This document shows positions 1 through 10,515 of a stretch of 64,000 bases of DNA, in pieces. The notes below the pieces were generated by a model that searched no databases, was not told where the DNA came from, and was given only the letters and a program-made list of their open reading frames with translations. Numbering within the stretch: position 1 is the first letter of the stretch; every line of letters starts with the position of its first letter. The translations under genes and the position numbers were made by a program. This DNA comes from an uncultured Gemmatimonadales bacterium (lineage in GTDB: Bacteria; Gemmatimonadota; Gemmatimonadetes; Gemmatimonadales; Gemmatimonadaceae): positions 151,026-215,025 of the forward strand of contig CAWKNZ010000010.1 in the NCBI GenBank assembly GCA_963851265.1, read 5' to 3'.

Positions 1-39
1 CTCACAGCGGCGTGCCGGCCATGCCCCGATCGCGATGCG

Positions 40-1317
40 CTACCGCGAGGCGTACCGCGAGGCGGCACGAGCGGCCGGGGGCGGGCCGACCCGCGATGCG
101 AGTCGTGCTCCCGCCACCGGTCCGATGGGCGTTGGGCGCACGGTCAGCAACTGCTCCGCCGCGTCGAGCCCCGAGACCTGGGCCGCCGCACCCGGAGCGA
201 CCGAAACCGCCGCGGCCGCGGCCGCGCGCGGCGGTACCGGCGCGGGTCGCGAGCGCGGGTACGGGTCCGGAGACGGCAGCGACGACGAGTCGGTCGGGAT
301 CTTGTCGACCGCGTCGCGCCGGTCGACGATGCCGTCGAACGACGTGTCCGCCGGCGTGTGCGCGTCCCACGGCCCGGGGTGGCCCCAGAGCGCCGGATAG
401 TCCTTGACCATGCTCACGCCCGCGAGCGGCTTGTGCACGCCGTTGTGACACGTGGCGCAACCGACCATCGGCGGGTCGCCGCGCTCGCCCAGCCGCACGG
501 CGGGGAGGACGGTGCCGAGCGGGCCGACGTACGTCTGGTTGATGTGGCGCGTCATGCGCAGCCCGTAGAGCGCCGACACGCGCGTCCAGGGCGCGTTCTG
601 CCAGCTCGCCCACGAGCGGCTGTTGTGGCAGAACGTGCAGTTGACGCCTAACGAGTTGCTCATGTTGATCATGAGCGCGTACGTCCACTCGGCCTGCCGG
701 ACCGACGAGTAGTTCGCGTTGGTCGGCGGCGCGGTGTACGACTGCACCCGGACGTCCGACCGGTCGAGGTAGGCGCGGAGGTACTGGTTCTCGTTGGTCT
801 GGTGCCAGAGCCCCGCGCGCGGCACCGGGGCCCCGTAGTGGCACGTGTAGCACGTGACGCCGGTGACCCGCACGTGCGCGCGCCAGTTGGTGTTGATGTC
901 GCGCGTCATCAGCAGCATGCGGCGCGAGACCACCTTGGCGTACTTCTCGTCCGAGGCGTAATTGGCGGGGTTGTGGCAGTAGATGCACCCGGCCTGCGAC
1001 CCCGTCTTCGGCGCCACCCAGTTGGTCATCGCCTGCATGGTGCGCGTGAACTCGCCCGCGGGCAGGTTCACGAGCACCTGGACGTTTTGCCAGTTGCCGA
1101 CCGGTGTGTTGGGCGGCGCCGGCGGCAGCGGCGGCAGCGCGACGTTGCGCGAGAGGACCTCGCGTTCGTTGCGGACGTCGATGTTCTGCTCTTCGGCGAC
1201 CCCGCGATAGCCGAGTTGCGCCGTTTCCTTCTTCCCCAGCTGGCACGCCGCGAGTGCGGCGGCGGCCAGGGGGAAGGTGACGGCCGACCACGCGCGGGCG
1301 GTCATGCGGATGGTCAT
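40..1317 (-). CDS. pufC: Photosynthetic reaction centre tetraheme cytochrome c subunit (lipoprotein, C-terminally extended)
   Basis: LAAC lipobox; four CxxCH motifs (CIYCH, CYTCH, CTFCH, CATCH); NVQVL and F-TR-M-AMT-WV PufC motifs; directly downstream of pufM. Confidence 0.96.
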   Translation of the reverse strand: MTIRMTARAWSAVTFPLAAAALAACQLGKKETAQLGYRGVAEEQNIDVRNEREVLSRNVALPPLPPAPPNTPVGNWQNVQVLVNLPAGEFTRTMQAMTNWVAPKTGSQAGCIYCHNPANYASDEKYAKVVSRRMLLMTRDINTNWRAHVRVTGVTCYTCHYGAPVPRAGLWHQTNENQYLRAYLDRSDVRVQSYTAPPTNANYSSVRQAEWTYALMINMSNSLGVNCTFCHNSRSWASWQNAPWTRVSALYGLRMTRHINQTYVGPLGTVLPAVRLGERGDPPMVGCATCHNGVHKPLAGVSMVKDYPALWGHPGPWDAHTPADTSFDGIVDRRDAVDKIPTDSSSLPSPDPYPRSRPAPVPPRAAAAAAVSVAPGAAAQVSGLDAAEQLLTVRPTPIGPVAGARLASRVGPPPAARAASRYASR

Positions 1318-2774
1318 GGCGGCGTCCTCTGGGACTTCGGGGCCGGCGTCGTCCCCTGGGCGGGGACCTCGTTTCGCGCGGCGCCCGGCGGCGGCGTCAC
1401 GCGCGGCTTCGCGGCCGCCGGGTTCTGCGGATAGTACGGGGCGGGCGCGCCTTTCGGCAGCGGGAGCGTGCCCGCGTTGGCAGGCGGCGCCGCACCCATC
1501 GGTTGTGCCGGGTTCAGCTTCCCGGGATACGGGGACGTCGTGGCCGGGCCCGCGGCGTTGGGCTGCGCGCTCGTGTTGGTGCTCGCGTTGGGCATCGCAC
1601 CCGCCGCCGGATTCGCCGTCGTCGGCATCTGCACGACCGGCGTGTTCTGCTGCAGATGGCCGATGTGACCGCCCCGCGTCGCGCCCGGGAACGTGTCGGG
1701 CGGCGAGCCCTGGTAGTACCCGCGCAGGTCCTGCGCCTTACGCGGCGAGATCACGATCGTCGCGGGGTACTGCGGCGTGAGGCCGTGCTTCTGGCCCCAC
1801 AGGTACCAGTTGTCGACCGCGGTGCCCGTCAGCAGGATCCCGATCGCGCCGGTGAACGTGGTGAGGAACGCGAACCACCAGCTCCAGCGGTGGATGCTCT
1901 CCATCGTCGCGTTCCAGCCCATCGTCCAGCGCCAGAACAGCGCCGCGCGCTCGGTCGCGGTGCCGCGGTCGGTGATCTGCTCGATCTCGCGCTCGCCGCC
2001 CAGGCGGCTCACGGCCAGGATGGTGGCACCGTGCATCGCGAAGAGCAGCGTCGACCCGTAGAGGAAGACGATGCTCAGCATGTGGAACGGGTTGTAGAAC
2101 AGGTTCCCGTAGCGCAGGCTGAACGCGGCCGTCCAGTCGAGGTGCGGCAGGATGCCGAACGGCACCGCCTCGCCCCAGCTTCCCATCAGCAGCGGCCGGA
2201 TGAAGCCGAGCGACAGGTAGAGGAAGATCGCCGAGGCGAACGCCCAGGGCAGGTGCGTGCCCAGCCCCAGCGCGCGCACGCGGCGGTAGGTGCGCACCCA
2301 CCAGAGGATGATGCTCGTGGTGAGGAAGAACCCCGCCATGAGCCACCACCCGCCCTGGTTGAGCGGCGGGATGTGCAGCCCGTAGGCGGGCGGCGGCGGC
2401 TCGAGCGCGAGCCACGGGAGGCGTCGCACGAACTGGATCGGGTTCCAGTTCACCGACGCGAACATGTTGAGCCCGATGATCTCGAAGGCCGCGAAGCCGA
2501 AGATCAGCGACGCGACGCCGGTCGCGCCCAGGTAGATGGGGCCGACCTGCGCGTCGCCGAGCTTGCCGAGCCAGTACGAGAATCCCGGGGCGCCCTGGCG
2601 CACCCACGTGCGCTGCTCGATGGGCACGCCCCAGTCGGGGGCGGTGCGCACCTGCACGCTCGTGAACAGGTTCTGGTACTCGAGCCGCGGCAGGAATGCC
2701 GTGAGCGGGTCGAGCGGTTCGGGGGCCGCCGCCGGCGGCGCGCCGGCGGGCGTCGGCTGTGTGATGGTTGCCAT
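1314..2774 (-). CDS. pufM: Reaction centre M subunit with N- and C-terminal extensions (486 aa)
   Basis: [55 protein letters not shown]. Confidence 0.98.
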   Translation of the reverse strand: MATITQPTPAGAPPAAAPEPLDPLTAFLPRLEYQNLFTSVQVRTAPDWGVPIEQRTWVRQGAPGFSYWLGKLGDAQVGPIYLGATGVASLIFGFAAFEIIGLNMFASVNWNPIQFVRRLPWLALEPPPPAYGLHIPPLNQGGWWLMAGFFLTTSIILWWVRTYRRVRALGLGTHLPWAFASAIFLYLSLGFIRPLLMGSWGEAVPFGILPHLDWTAAFSLRYGNLFYNPFHMLSIVFLYGSTLLFAMHGATILAVSRLGGEREIEQITDRGTATERAALFWRWTMGWNATMESIHRWSWWFAFLTTFTGAIGILLTGTAVDNWYLWGQKHGLTPQYPATIVISPRKAQDLRGYYQGSPPDTFPGATRGGHIGHLQQNTPVVQMPTTANPAAGAMPNASTNTSAQPNAAGPATTSPYPGKLNPAQPMGAAPPANAGTLPLPKGAPAPYYPQNPAAAKPRVTPPPGAARNEVPAQGTTPAPKSQRTPP

Positions 2775-2784
2775 GGCCGCTTCC

Positions 2785-3609
2785 TCAGCGCCAGATCGGG
2801 AGGTTGAGCCACCAGTCCCACCACTCCGGCCAGCCCTTGGTCCAGAGCGGCCCGCTCACCACGATGCAGAGGGCCGAGAAGATCCCGGCGCCTAACGCAA
2901 GGGCGAGTCCGAGGCGGTGGATGCCGACCGCGCCGATCGAGTAGCCGAGCACGTCGCGGAAGAAGGTGTTCTCGTGCTCGCTCGTCTTCACCGGCTCCCC
3001 CTTCTTGGGGTTCACCACGGAGAGGATGAGCGACCCGTGCATGGAGAGCGCGAGCGTCGTCGTGAAGAACAACGTCACCGCGATCATGTGCAACGGGTTG
3101 TAATGGAAGTGCAGGTACTGGTACCCGACGTTGCTCACCCAGTCGAGGTGGCTCAGGATGCCGTAGGGGAAGCCGTGTCCCCACGCGCCGAGCCAGACGG
3201 GGCGGATGACGACGAGCGTGACGTAGGCGAACACGGCCACGCCGTACGCCCAGGGGATGTGCATCCCCATGCCCAGCTTGCGCGAGATCTCGGCCTGCCG
3301 GAACGCCCAGCTCACGAACGCGCCGATCGCGGCGATCGTGATGAGCTGCCAGAGGCCGCCCTCACGGAGGGGGGCGAGGCCCAGTCCGTACTTGAGGTCG
3401 GGCGGGGCGATGTTGATCTGCCACAGGTCCCAGGTGCCGCCGATGGCCGCGCCCCAGACACAGAGCAGCGTCCCGACGACGGCGAAGAAAATGGTGGTGA
3501 CGCCGAAGAAGCCCACGTAGAACGGTCCGACCCAGAAATCGAACAGGTCGCCGCCGATCAGCGTGCCGCCCCGGACGCGGTACTTGGCCTCGTAACTCAG
3601 CATGGCCAT
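2785..3609 (-). CDS. pufL: Reaction centre L subunit
   Basis: [49 protein letters not shown]. Confidence 0.99.
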   Translation of the reverse strand: MAMLSYEAKYRVRGGTLIGGDLFDFWVGPFYVGFFGVTTIFFAVVGTLLCVWGAAIGGTWDLWQINIAPPDLKYGLGLAPLREGGLWQLITIAAIGAFVSWAFRQAEISRKLGMGMHIPWAYGVAVFAYVTLVVIRPVWLGAWGHGFPYGILSHLDWVSNVGYQYLHFHYNPLHMIAVTLFFTTTLALSMHGSLILSVVNPKKGEPVKTSEHENTFFRDVLGYSIGAVGIHRLGLALALGAGIFSALCIVVSGPLWTKGWPEWWDWWLNLPIWR

Positions 3610-3724
3610 GTCGCAGGCCCTCCGCGTGGTGAACGAACGGGAAAAGAACGAAACGTGCTAGGGAGCGCGGGGCGGGGGGCCGCCCGGGGGGAGCACGCCG
3701 ATGGGCGCGCCCCCCCCGCGGGGC

Positions 3725-3904
3725 TCATCGGCCGCCGGGCAGCGGCGAGATTTCCGCGGCCGACGCCCGGGCGTTGGCGTCGAGCCAGTTGTACCGGTTG
3801 GTGCTCAGGAGGATGAAGTGAATCACCAGCGCGAGCACGAACAGGAACGTGAACAGCGCGATGAGCGTGCGCCGCGGGTCGAAAAGCATCCAGACGCGAT
3901 GCAT
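3725..3904 (-). CDS. pufA: LH1 alpha polypeptide (59 aa, below the ORF-track cutoff)
   Basis: Manual translation [59 protein letters not shown]; conserved BChl-ligand His and NWL. Confidence 0.96.
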   Translation of the reverse strand: MHRVWMLFDPRRTLIALFTFLFVLALVIHFILLSTNRYNWLDANARASAAEISPLPGGR

Positions 3905-3913
3905 GGCGGGCTC

Positions 3914-4243
3914 CTAACGCGAAGTGGGAGAGACGGCCGCGACGCGGAGCGCGGCCGAGAGTGCCGATGGGGCCTTGGCCGCCGGCGCGATCTGCGCGGT
4001 GCGCGTGGGGTACCCGTTCGCGCCGGGGATCCACGGGCGCCACTGCCAGACGAGGATGTGGGCGACGATGGCGATCGCGAGGAAGCCGAGGAAGCTCATC
4101 GTGAACGCCGTGTGGAACCCGCGCGCTTCATCCTCGTTCAGCCCCGACGTGGGGGTGGACGGGCGCGCGGTCAGGTCGCCGTACCCGCCGCCGTAGGGCG
4201 GTTGGGACGTGGCGGTCGACTGCATTCCGATCGGGGCGGTCAT
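3914..4243 (-). CDS. pufB: LH1 beta polypeptide, extended (109 aa)
   Basis: SGLNEDEARGFH...AIVAHILVWQWRPW; GGAGG RBS before ATG at 4243. Confidence 0.93.
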   Translation of the reverse strand: MTAPIGMQSTATSQPPYGGGYGDLTARPSTPTSGLNEDEARGFHTAFTMSFLGFLAIAIVAHILVWQWRPWIPGANGYPTRTAQIAPAAKAPSALSAALRVAAVSPTSR

Positions 4244-4392
4244 AACAACCTCCGGGGTGTGGAGAGCGCCGCCGCCCGGCCGTGGCCGGCCGTCGACGGC
4301 GTGGTGAGCGACGCCGCGCGCGTGCACGTCACGCGCGGGCGCCGCGGGGACGGCGCGCCGGGACCGGCGCGCCTAACATGTAGCCCAACATA

Positions 4393-5307
4393 GTGTCCGA
4401 CACATCGCCTAACACGGGGCCCGACTGGGCCGAGTGGCGCGGCCGCTGGCCCAACGCGGCCGCCAGCCGCTTCGTCCGCGCCGCCGGCTACACCTGGCAC
4501 GTCCAGGTCGCCGGCGCCGGCCCGCCCCTGCTCCTCCTGCACGGCGCGGGCGGCGGCACGCACAGCTGGCTCCGCGTGCTGCCGCGCCTCGCGACGCGTT
4601 ACACCGTCGTCGCCTGCGACCTGCCGGGGCACGCGTTCACCGACGCGCCGCCGGCCGACCGCCTCACGCTGCCCGGCATGGCGGCCGACGTCGCCGCGCT
4701 CCTCGCCACGCTCGGCCTGCGCCCGCGGCTCGCCGCGGGTCACTCGGCCGGCGCGGCCGTGCTGCTCCGCATGGCGCTCGACGGCGCCCTGCCCGACGCG
4801 CGCGCGCTCGTCGGCATCAACGCCGCGATCGTCCCGCCGCCCGACGTCTACCGCCTGCTCGGCGGGTCGTGGCTGCGCGGCGCGTTCACGGGGCTGTTCA
4901 CCGGCCCGCTCGTCACCCGCCTCACCACGCGCTACGCCGCGCGCGCCGGCGCCGTCGAGGCGCTGCTGCGCTCCAGCGGCTCGCGCGTGCCGCCGCTCCT
5001 CGTCGCCTGCTACGAGGGCCTCGCGACGAGCGAGCGCCACGTCCGCTCGACGCTCACGATGATGGCCGAGTGGCAGATCGAACCGCTCCTGCGCGACGCG
5101 CGCGCGCTGCGCGTCCCGACCGTGCTCCTCTCCGGCGCCGACGACCGCTGGGTGCCGGCCGGCGCGGTACAGCGCGTCGCCGCCTACGTGCCGGGCAGCG
5201 AGTTCGAGCTGTGGCCGCACCAGGGCCACCTCATGCACGAGGAGCTGCCCGACGCCACGGCCGACCGCGTCCTGGCGCTCGGCGCCGCGCACGGCCTGGG
5301 CGGCTGA
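4393..5307 (+). CDS. bchO: Alpha/beta hydrolase, BchO family (Mg-chelatase accessory)
   Basis: WPNAAASRFV..WHVQ N-terminus, LLHGAGG, GHSAGAA nucleophile elbow, GHLMHEE; PGC context. Confidence 0.88.
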   Translation: MSDTSPNTGPDWAEWRGRWPNAAASRFVRAAGYTWHVQVAGAGPPLLLLHGAGGGTHSWLRVLPRLATRYTVVACDLPGHAFTDAPPADRLTLPGMAADVAALLATLGLRPRLAAGHSAGAAVLLRMALDGALPDARALVGINAAIVPPPDVYRLLGGSWLRGAFTGLFTGPLVTRLTTRYAARAGAVEALLRSSGSRVPPLLVACYEGLATSERHVRSTLTMMAEWQIEPLLRDARALRVPTVLLSGADDRWVPAGAVQRVAAYVPGSEFELWPHQGHLMHEELPDATADRVLALGAAHGLGG

Positions 5308-5330
5308 CCCCTCGCGAGCCCGCGCGCCGC

Positions 5331-6854
5331 TCACGCCCCGGCCCCCGCGAGCGCGCCGCGCGCGCCCTCGACGAACGCCCGCGTGACCGCCGCCGCGCCC
5401 GCGTGCCGCGCGTCCCGCTCGGCCCGGTCACGAATCCGCTTGGCGACCGAGATGCGGGCCACGTACGGCGCGGCCTCCACCGCCTCGTCGAGGCCGGCCT
5501 GCGCGCCGTCGTCCCACGGCAGCGCGTCGTCCGCCGCGACGACGCCCGCCGAGCCGGCCGCCGCACCCGCCGCGCGCGCCGGCGTGGCGTCGATCCGGTC
5601 CAGCTCCGTGCCTAACGGGATGATGTGGAACAGGGTGTCGAACAACGCGTTGCAGCACTCCTGCACGAGGTACGTCGCGCCGGCGTACCCCATGAAGGGC
5701 GTGCCGGTGTGCCGCCGCACGACGGCGCCCGGGAACGACGCCGGGATGTACGTCGCCCGCCCGCCGGTCTCCGCGAGGTACATGCGCTCGTTGAAGCTCC
5801 CGAACAGGACGAGCGGCGGCCGCTCCTTGATCGACTGCCGCACGGCCGCGTTGTCGGTCTTCTGCCCGGGCCGCCGCGCGACCGCGAAGGTGCACGGCAT
5901 CCCGAGCTCCTCCTCGAGGAAGTGCCGCAGCCCGCGCGCGTACGTCTCGTTCGCGACCACGCCGAACGACGCCGTGCCGAAGAAGTCCTGCGTCACGCTC
6001 CGCCACAGATCCCAGAGCGGCTTCACCGTCGTGTGCTTCTCGCTCGCGATGAACGGCTCGGGGTCGAGGCCGAGCTCCGCGCCGAGCGCCCGCAGGAACG
6101 CCGTGGTGCTGTGCAGCCCGATCGGCGCCTGGAAGTAGGGCCGGCCGAGCGCCTCGGCCAGCAGGCGCCCGTACTCGCGGTACATCACCACGTTCGCCTC
6201 GGCATCGATCAGCCGCGGCACGTCGGCGAGGTGGCAGCCGAGCGGGAAGGTGAGGTTCACCTCCGCGCCGATGCCTTCGACCAGCCGGCGCAGCTCGGCG
6301 AGATCGCTCCACACGTTGAACGTGCCGTACGCGGGGCCGAGGATGTTCACCCGCGGGCGCTCCCCGGCCGCACGTTCGCGGGGCTTGGGGGCCACGCCGC
6401 GCTTGAGCCCGTACTCGGTCCACAGCCAGGCCATCGCGCGGTTCGCGCTCTGCCACTGGTCCTCGTCGATCGTGCGCGGCAGGAAGCGCTGGATGCCGGT
6501 GCCTTCGGGCGTCACGCCGCCGCCGATCATCTCGGCGATCGATCCGGTGACCACCACCGACGGCAGCTCGGGGTCGAGCGCGCGGTGCGCGCGGCGCATG
6601 GCGCCCTCGGTGCCGTGCTGGCCCAACTCCTCCTCGCCGAGGCCGGTGACGACGATCGGCAGCTCGTGCGGCGGGAGCGCGTCGGTGTAGTGCAGGACCG
6701 ACGTGACCGGGAGGTTCTCGCAGCCGACGGGGCCGTCGATGACGACCTGCAGCCCCTTCACGGCCGTGAAGACGTACACGGCGCCCCAGTAGCCGCCGGC
6801 GCGGTCGTGGTCGAGGACTAACACGGAGCGCCTCCCCGCGATCGCGACGCGCAT
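5331..6854 (-). CDS. bchZ: Chlorophyllide a reductase subunit Z
   Basis: [40 protein letters not shown] overlaps the bchY stop (TGATG). Confidence 0.97.
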   Translation of the reverse strand: MRVAIAGRRSVLVLDHDRAGGYWGAVYVFTAVKGLQVVIDGPVGCENLPVTSVLHYTDALPPHELPIVVTGLGEEELGQHGTEGAMRRAHRALDPELPSVVVTGSIAEMIGGGVTPEGTGIQRFLPRTIDEDQWQSANRAMAWLWTEYGLKRGVAPKPRERAAGERPRVNILGPAYGTFNVWSDLAELRRLVEGIGAEVNLTFPLGCHLADVPRLIDAEANVVMYREYGRLLAEALGRPYFQAPIGLHSTTAFLRALGAELGLDPEPFIASEKHTTVKPLWDLWRSVTQDFFGTASFGVVANETYARGLRHFLEEELGMPCTFAVARRPGQKTDNAAVRQSIKERPPLVLFGSFNERMYLAETGGRATYIPASFPGAVVRRHTGTPFMGYAGATYLVQECCNALFDTLFHIIPLGTELDRIDATPARAAGAAAGSAGVVAADDALPWDDGAQAGLDEAVEAAPYVARISVAKRIRDRAERDARHAGAAAVTRAFVEGARGALAGAGA

Positions 6855-8407
6855 CAGACCATCTCCTCCGCCTTGCGCGCCCGCGCGAGCTTGACGAGGT
6901 GCCGCTTGTAGTGCTCGCGGAACTCCGGCCGGTCCTGGGGCAGCTCGTTGGACGCGGTGCGCTCCCACACACCTGCCGCGTGGCCCTCGCCCACCCCGGC
7001 GAAGAACTCGCGCATCCGGTCGAACCGCGCGCGGTTGGCGACGGCCCCGTTGACGACCGGCGCGAGCGCTCCCGCCCCCGCCGGGCCCATCAGCGGACGC
7101 GCGGAGATCAGGTTCGTGAAGTAGAGCGCGGGCACGCCGCGCTCCTTCGCGTGCTGCACCACCGGCGTCGTCCCGATCGCGACGTCGGGTTGGAACTCCT
7201 CGAACGCGGCGAGGTCCTGCTCCAGCGACGCGCGGTACTGCACGTGCACGCCGTGCGCGGCGAGCCACTCGCGGTCGGGCTCGCTCCAGGGCGTCCGCGG
7301 GCAGGCCGTGCCGACGTAGCGCACGTCCGCGCCGCTCTCGACGAGCAGCCGCGCGACGATCAGCTCCGACCCCTCGTACCCGGAAAGCGTGACGCGCGCG
7401 TCGATCCGGTTGGCCGCGAGCGCGGCGCGGATCGGGTGCAGCACGCCCTTGGCGGTGTCGATCGCCGAGCGCGCCGCGCCCGTCGCCTCGCCCACCGCCT
7501 CGAGCCACGCGGCCGTTCCGTCGACACCCACCGGCGCGGAGGGGAGCACGCGCCGCCCCGCCGCCTCGAACTCGCGCACCGAGGCGACGTAGAAGGGGTG
7601 CAGCGCCGCGACCACCGCGCCGTCGAGCGCGGCGTACAGCTCGCGCCACTCGCGCGTGGGCACCGCCGGCCCCGCCGCGAGGCCTAACGGTTCGAGCAGC
7701 CGGCCGATCACGACCGGGTCGGCCGGGAACAGCTCGCCCAGCAGCGTGACGGTCGGCTTCGCGCTCACGCCCGCGCGCGGCGCGCGCACCGGGCCCTGCT
7801 CCGCCTCGCCGCGCGCGTAGCGCAGCATCGCGCCGGCCAGCACGTCCTTCGCCTCGGCGTGCGTCGGCACGCCGAAGCCCGGCACGTCGATGCCGACCAC
7901 GCGCACGCCGTTGATCTCCTTCGGCAGCAGCTGCAGCGGCACGCCCGACGCCGTGGGCACGCACAGGTTGGTCACCACGATCGCGTCGTACTGCGCAGGG
8001 TCGGCGAGCTCGTGCACCGCGTCGCGGATGTCCTCGAACAGCTTGCCGGTGACGAGCGACTCGGAGTTGAACGGCACGTACCCGACGGTGCGGCGCGCGC
8101 CGTAGAAGTGGCTCGTGAACGTCAGGCCGTACACGCAGCACGCGCTGCCCGAGAGCACGGTCGCCGTGCGGCGCATGCGCAGCCCGACGCGCAGCGATCC
8201 GAACGCGGGGCACATGCTCTGCGGACGGTCGTGCGGGCCTTTCGGGTAGTCGCGCGCGAACCCGTCGAGCACGTCGCCCTTGCCCGCGGCGGTCGCGGCC
8301 GCGCGCAGCTGCTCCGCCCCCGCGTGGCAGCCGAGTCCGTCGACGCCGTCAGTGGGCATGTTGGGCACCGCCTCGGGGGCAACCAGTGTGGCCATCGTCG
8401 CGCTCAC
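6854..8407 (-). CDS. bchY: Chlorophyllide a reductase subunit Y
   Basis: [42 protein letters not shown]. Confidence 0.97.
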   Translation of the reverse strand: MSATMATLVAPEAVPNMPTDGVDGLGCHAGAEQLRAAATAAGKGDVLDGFARDYPKGPHDRPQSMCPAFGSLRVGLRMRRTATVLSGSACCVYGLTFTSHFYGARRTVGYVPFNSESLVTGKLFEDIRDAVHELADPAQYDAIVVTNLCVPTASGVPLQLLPKEINGVRVVGIDVPGFGVPTHAEAKDVLAGAMLRYARGEAEQGPVRAPRAGVSAKPTVTLLGELFPADPVVIGRLLEPLGLAAGPAVPTREWRELYAALDGAVVAALHPFYVASVREFEAAGRRVLPSAPVGVDGTAAWLEAVGEATGAARSAIDTAKGVLHPIRAALAANRIDARVTLSGYEGSELIVARLLVESGADVRYVGTACPRTPWSEPDREWLAAHGVHVQYRASLEQDLAAFEEFQPDVAIGTTPVVQHAKERGVPALYFTNLISARPLMGPAGAGALAPVVNGAVANRARFDRMREFFAGVGEGHAAGVWERTASNELPQDRPEFREHYKRHLVKLARARKAEEMV

Positions 8408-9439
8408 TCAGACGGCGTCGTAGACGATTTCGAGCGACGGGCGCGTGACGATCGCGCCCCCGCACATGTCCGCCATCGTCGCCGGGTCGAGCACGACGTC
8501 GCGGCCCACCGCCTCGGCCGCGAACAGGTCGAGCAGCGCGTTCTGCGAGAGCGGGCGCGGGCGCACCGGCGGCGCCTCGGCGACCGCGGTCGCGAGCTCC
8601 TCGAAGACCGGCGCCCAACGCGTGCCGGGGCGGCCGATGATCTCGTAGTTCGCGCTCTTACGCCGGATGTCCTCGTGCGCGGGGATCGCCGCGAGCACGG
8701 GGATGCCGGCCGCCTCGGCGAACCGCGCGGCCTCACCGGTGCCGTCGTCCTTGTTCACCACGAGCCCCGCAACGCCGACGTTGCCGCCGAGCTTGCGGAA
8801 GTACTCGACCGCCGAGCAGACGTTGTTGGCGACGTAGAGCGACTGCAGGTCGTTGGAGCCGACGACGATCACCTTCTGGCACATGTCGCGCGCGATCGGC
8901 AGCCCGAAGCCGCCGCACACCACGTCGCCGAGGAAGTCGAGGAGGACGTAGTCGAACCCCCACTCGTGGAAGCCGAGCTTCTCGAGCAGTTCGAAGCCGT
9001 GGATGATCCCGCGACCGCCGCAGCCGCGGCCGACCTCGGGGCCGCCCAACTCCATCGCGAACACGCCGTCGCGCTTGAAGCAGACGTCCGAGATCGACAC
9101 CTCCTCGCCCGCGAGCTTCCGGCGGCTCGACGTCTCGATGATCGTCGGGCAGGCGCGGCCGCCGAACAGCAGCGACGTGGTGTCGCTCTTGGGGTCGCAG
9201 CCGATGAGCAGCACGCGCTTGCCCTGCTGCGCCATCATGTACGACAGGTTGGCGAGCGTGAAGCTCTTCCCGATGCCGCCCTTGCCGTAGATCGCGATCA
9301 CCTGGGTGGCCTTCGTGACCTCGCCGGTCGCCGGCGCGGTGGGCGCCTCGTTGGCTTCGGCTCGCAGGCGGCCCGTGAGCTGCACGAGGGCGGACGGCGC
9401 GGACGTCGTGGGGGTGTAGGCTGTCGCGACTGCGGTCAT
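8408..9439 (-). CDS. bchX: Chlorophyllide a reductase iron protein X
   Basis: AIYGKGGIGKSFT P-loop, GCDPKSD, GRGCGGRG, DFLGDVVCGGF. Confidence 0.98.
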   Translation of the reverse strand: MTAVATAYTPTTSAPSALVQLTGRLRAEANEAPTAPATGEVTKATQVIAIYGKGGIGKSFTLANLSYMMAQQGKRVLLIGCDPKSDTTSLLFGGRACPTIIETSSRRKLAGEEVSISDVCFKRDGVFAMELGGPEVGRGCGGRGIIHGFELLEKLGFHEWGFDYVLLDFLGDVVCGGFGLPIARDMCQKVIVVGSNDLQSLYVANNVCSAVEYFRKLGGNVGVAGLVVNKDDGTGEAARFAEAAGIPVLAAIPAHEDIRRKSANYEIIGRPGTRWAPVFEELATAVAEAPPVRPRPLSQNALLDLFAAEAVGRDVVLDPATMADMCGGAIVTRPSLEIVYDAV

Positions 9440-10515
9440 GCCTCGTTGCTCCAATCGGATGAGTGCGGGTCGGCGGCGCGCCAGTCGAGGACCATCTTGA
9501 CGCACGATGGATCGTCGAACGCCGCGGCGTAGGCGGACGCGACCGCGGCCTCGCCGTCGGCGACGCGCACGCGGTGCGTGACCACGCCGCCGAGCGAGAG
9601 GCGGCCGGCCGAGACGAGGTCGCGCGCGGTGGCGAGGTCGTCGGGGCGGAACTCCGCCGCGACGCGCAGCCGCAGCCCGCGCAGGAAGGCGGGGATGAAC
9701 GGGAAGGCGATCGGCGCGGTGTAGAACCCGGCGAGTACGACCTCGCCCCCGGGGCCCAGCCGCGCGACGAGCGCGTCGAGAATGCCGGCCGCCCCGCTCG
9801 CGTCCATCGCACGGCGGTAGTCGCGCCGAGGGTCGGCGTCGGGGTGGACGACGGCGTAGCCCCGGGCCCCGCCGACGCGCCGCGCGTCCGTCTCCCACAC
9901 GGTCGGCGCCGCGCCGCCGAGGGCCAGCACGAGGCGCGCGGCCAGACGGCCTAACGCGCCGTGGCCGACGATGAGGTCGGGGAGGGGCGCGCCCGGCGCG
10001 CGCTCGTCGCGCACGGCGTGCATCGCCGTCGCGGCGAGGGCGAGCAGCACGCCGTTCTCGCCCGGGACGTCGCCGACCGGGTGGACCCGCGCGCCGGGCG
10101 CGACGAGCGTCTGCCCCGCCCCGCCGAACAGGTTGCGCACGGCGCCGCCGCCGTCGCGTGCGTCGCCGACGAAGCCGTGCGCGCCGGGCACGAACACGCG
10201 CTCGCCCGCCGCGCGCCCGCTCGCCGCCCCGGCCCAACGCACGCGCCCGACGGTCTCGTAGCCGGGCACGAGCGGGTAGCCCATGCCGGGGAACGGCGGC
10301 ATCGTGCCACGCCAGAACAGGCGCTCGGTGCCGGCACTCACGCCGCTCCACTCGACGTCCACGACCACGTCCGCGTCGGTCGGCACGGCCAACGACAGCT
10401 CGCGCACCGCCAGCAAGCCGGGCGCGTCGAAGACCACCGCGCGAGCGCGCGTCGGCACGAGCGGGTGAGCCGGGGGCGCATGCGCCGCAGCGTCCGGGCG
10501 GACGGCCGTCGTCAC
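9436..10515 (-). CDS. bchC: 3-hydroxyethyl bacteriochlorophyllide a dehydrogenase
   Basis: SGVSAGTERLFW.G.MPPFPGMGYPLVPGYE, GHGALGRL, C.KMVLDW; GTG start overlapping the crtF stop. Confidence 0.96.
   Translation of the reverse strand: MTTAVRPDAAAHAPPAHPLVPTRARAVVFDAPGLLAVRELSLAVPTDADVVVDVEWSGVSAGTERLFWRGTMPPFPGMGYPLVPGYETVGRVRWAGAASGRAAGERVFVPGAHGFVGDARDGGGAVRNLFGGAGQTLVAPGARVHPVGDVPGENGVLLALAATAMHAVRDERAPGAPLPDLIVGHGALGRLAARLVLALGGAAPTVWETDARRVGGARGYAVVHPDADPRRDYRRAMDASGAAGILDALVARLGPGGEVVLAGFYTAPIAFPFIPAFLRGLRLRVAAEFRPDDLATARDLVSAGRLSLGGVVTHRVRVADGEAAVASAYAAAFDDPSCVKMVLDWRAADPHSSDWSNEA

Noticed and set aside
4371..4414. PpsR box upstream of pufB
   Set aside because: TGT and ACA triplets are present but none has exact 12-nt spacing
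5331..8213. 960-aa ORF suggesting a BchY-BchZ fusion
   Set aside because: The N-terminal half is an off-frame shadow of bchY; real bchZ starts at 6854, overlapping the bchY stop
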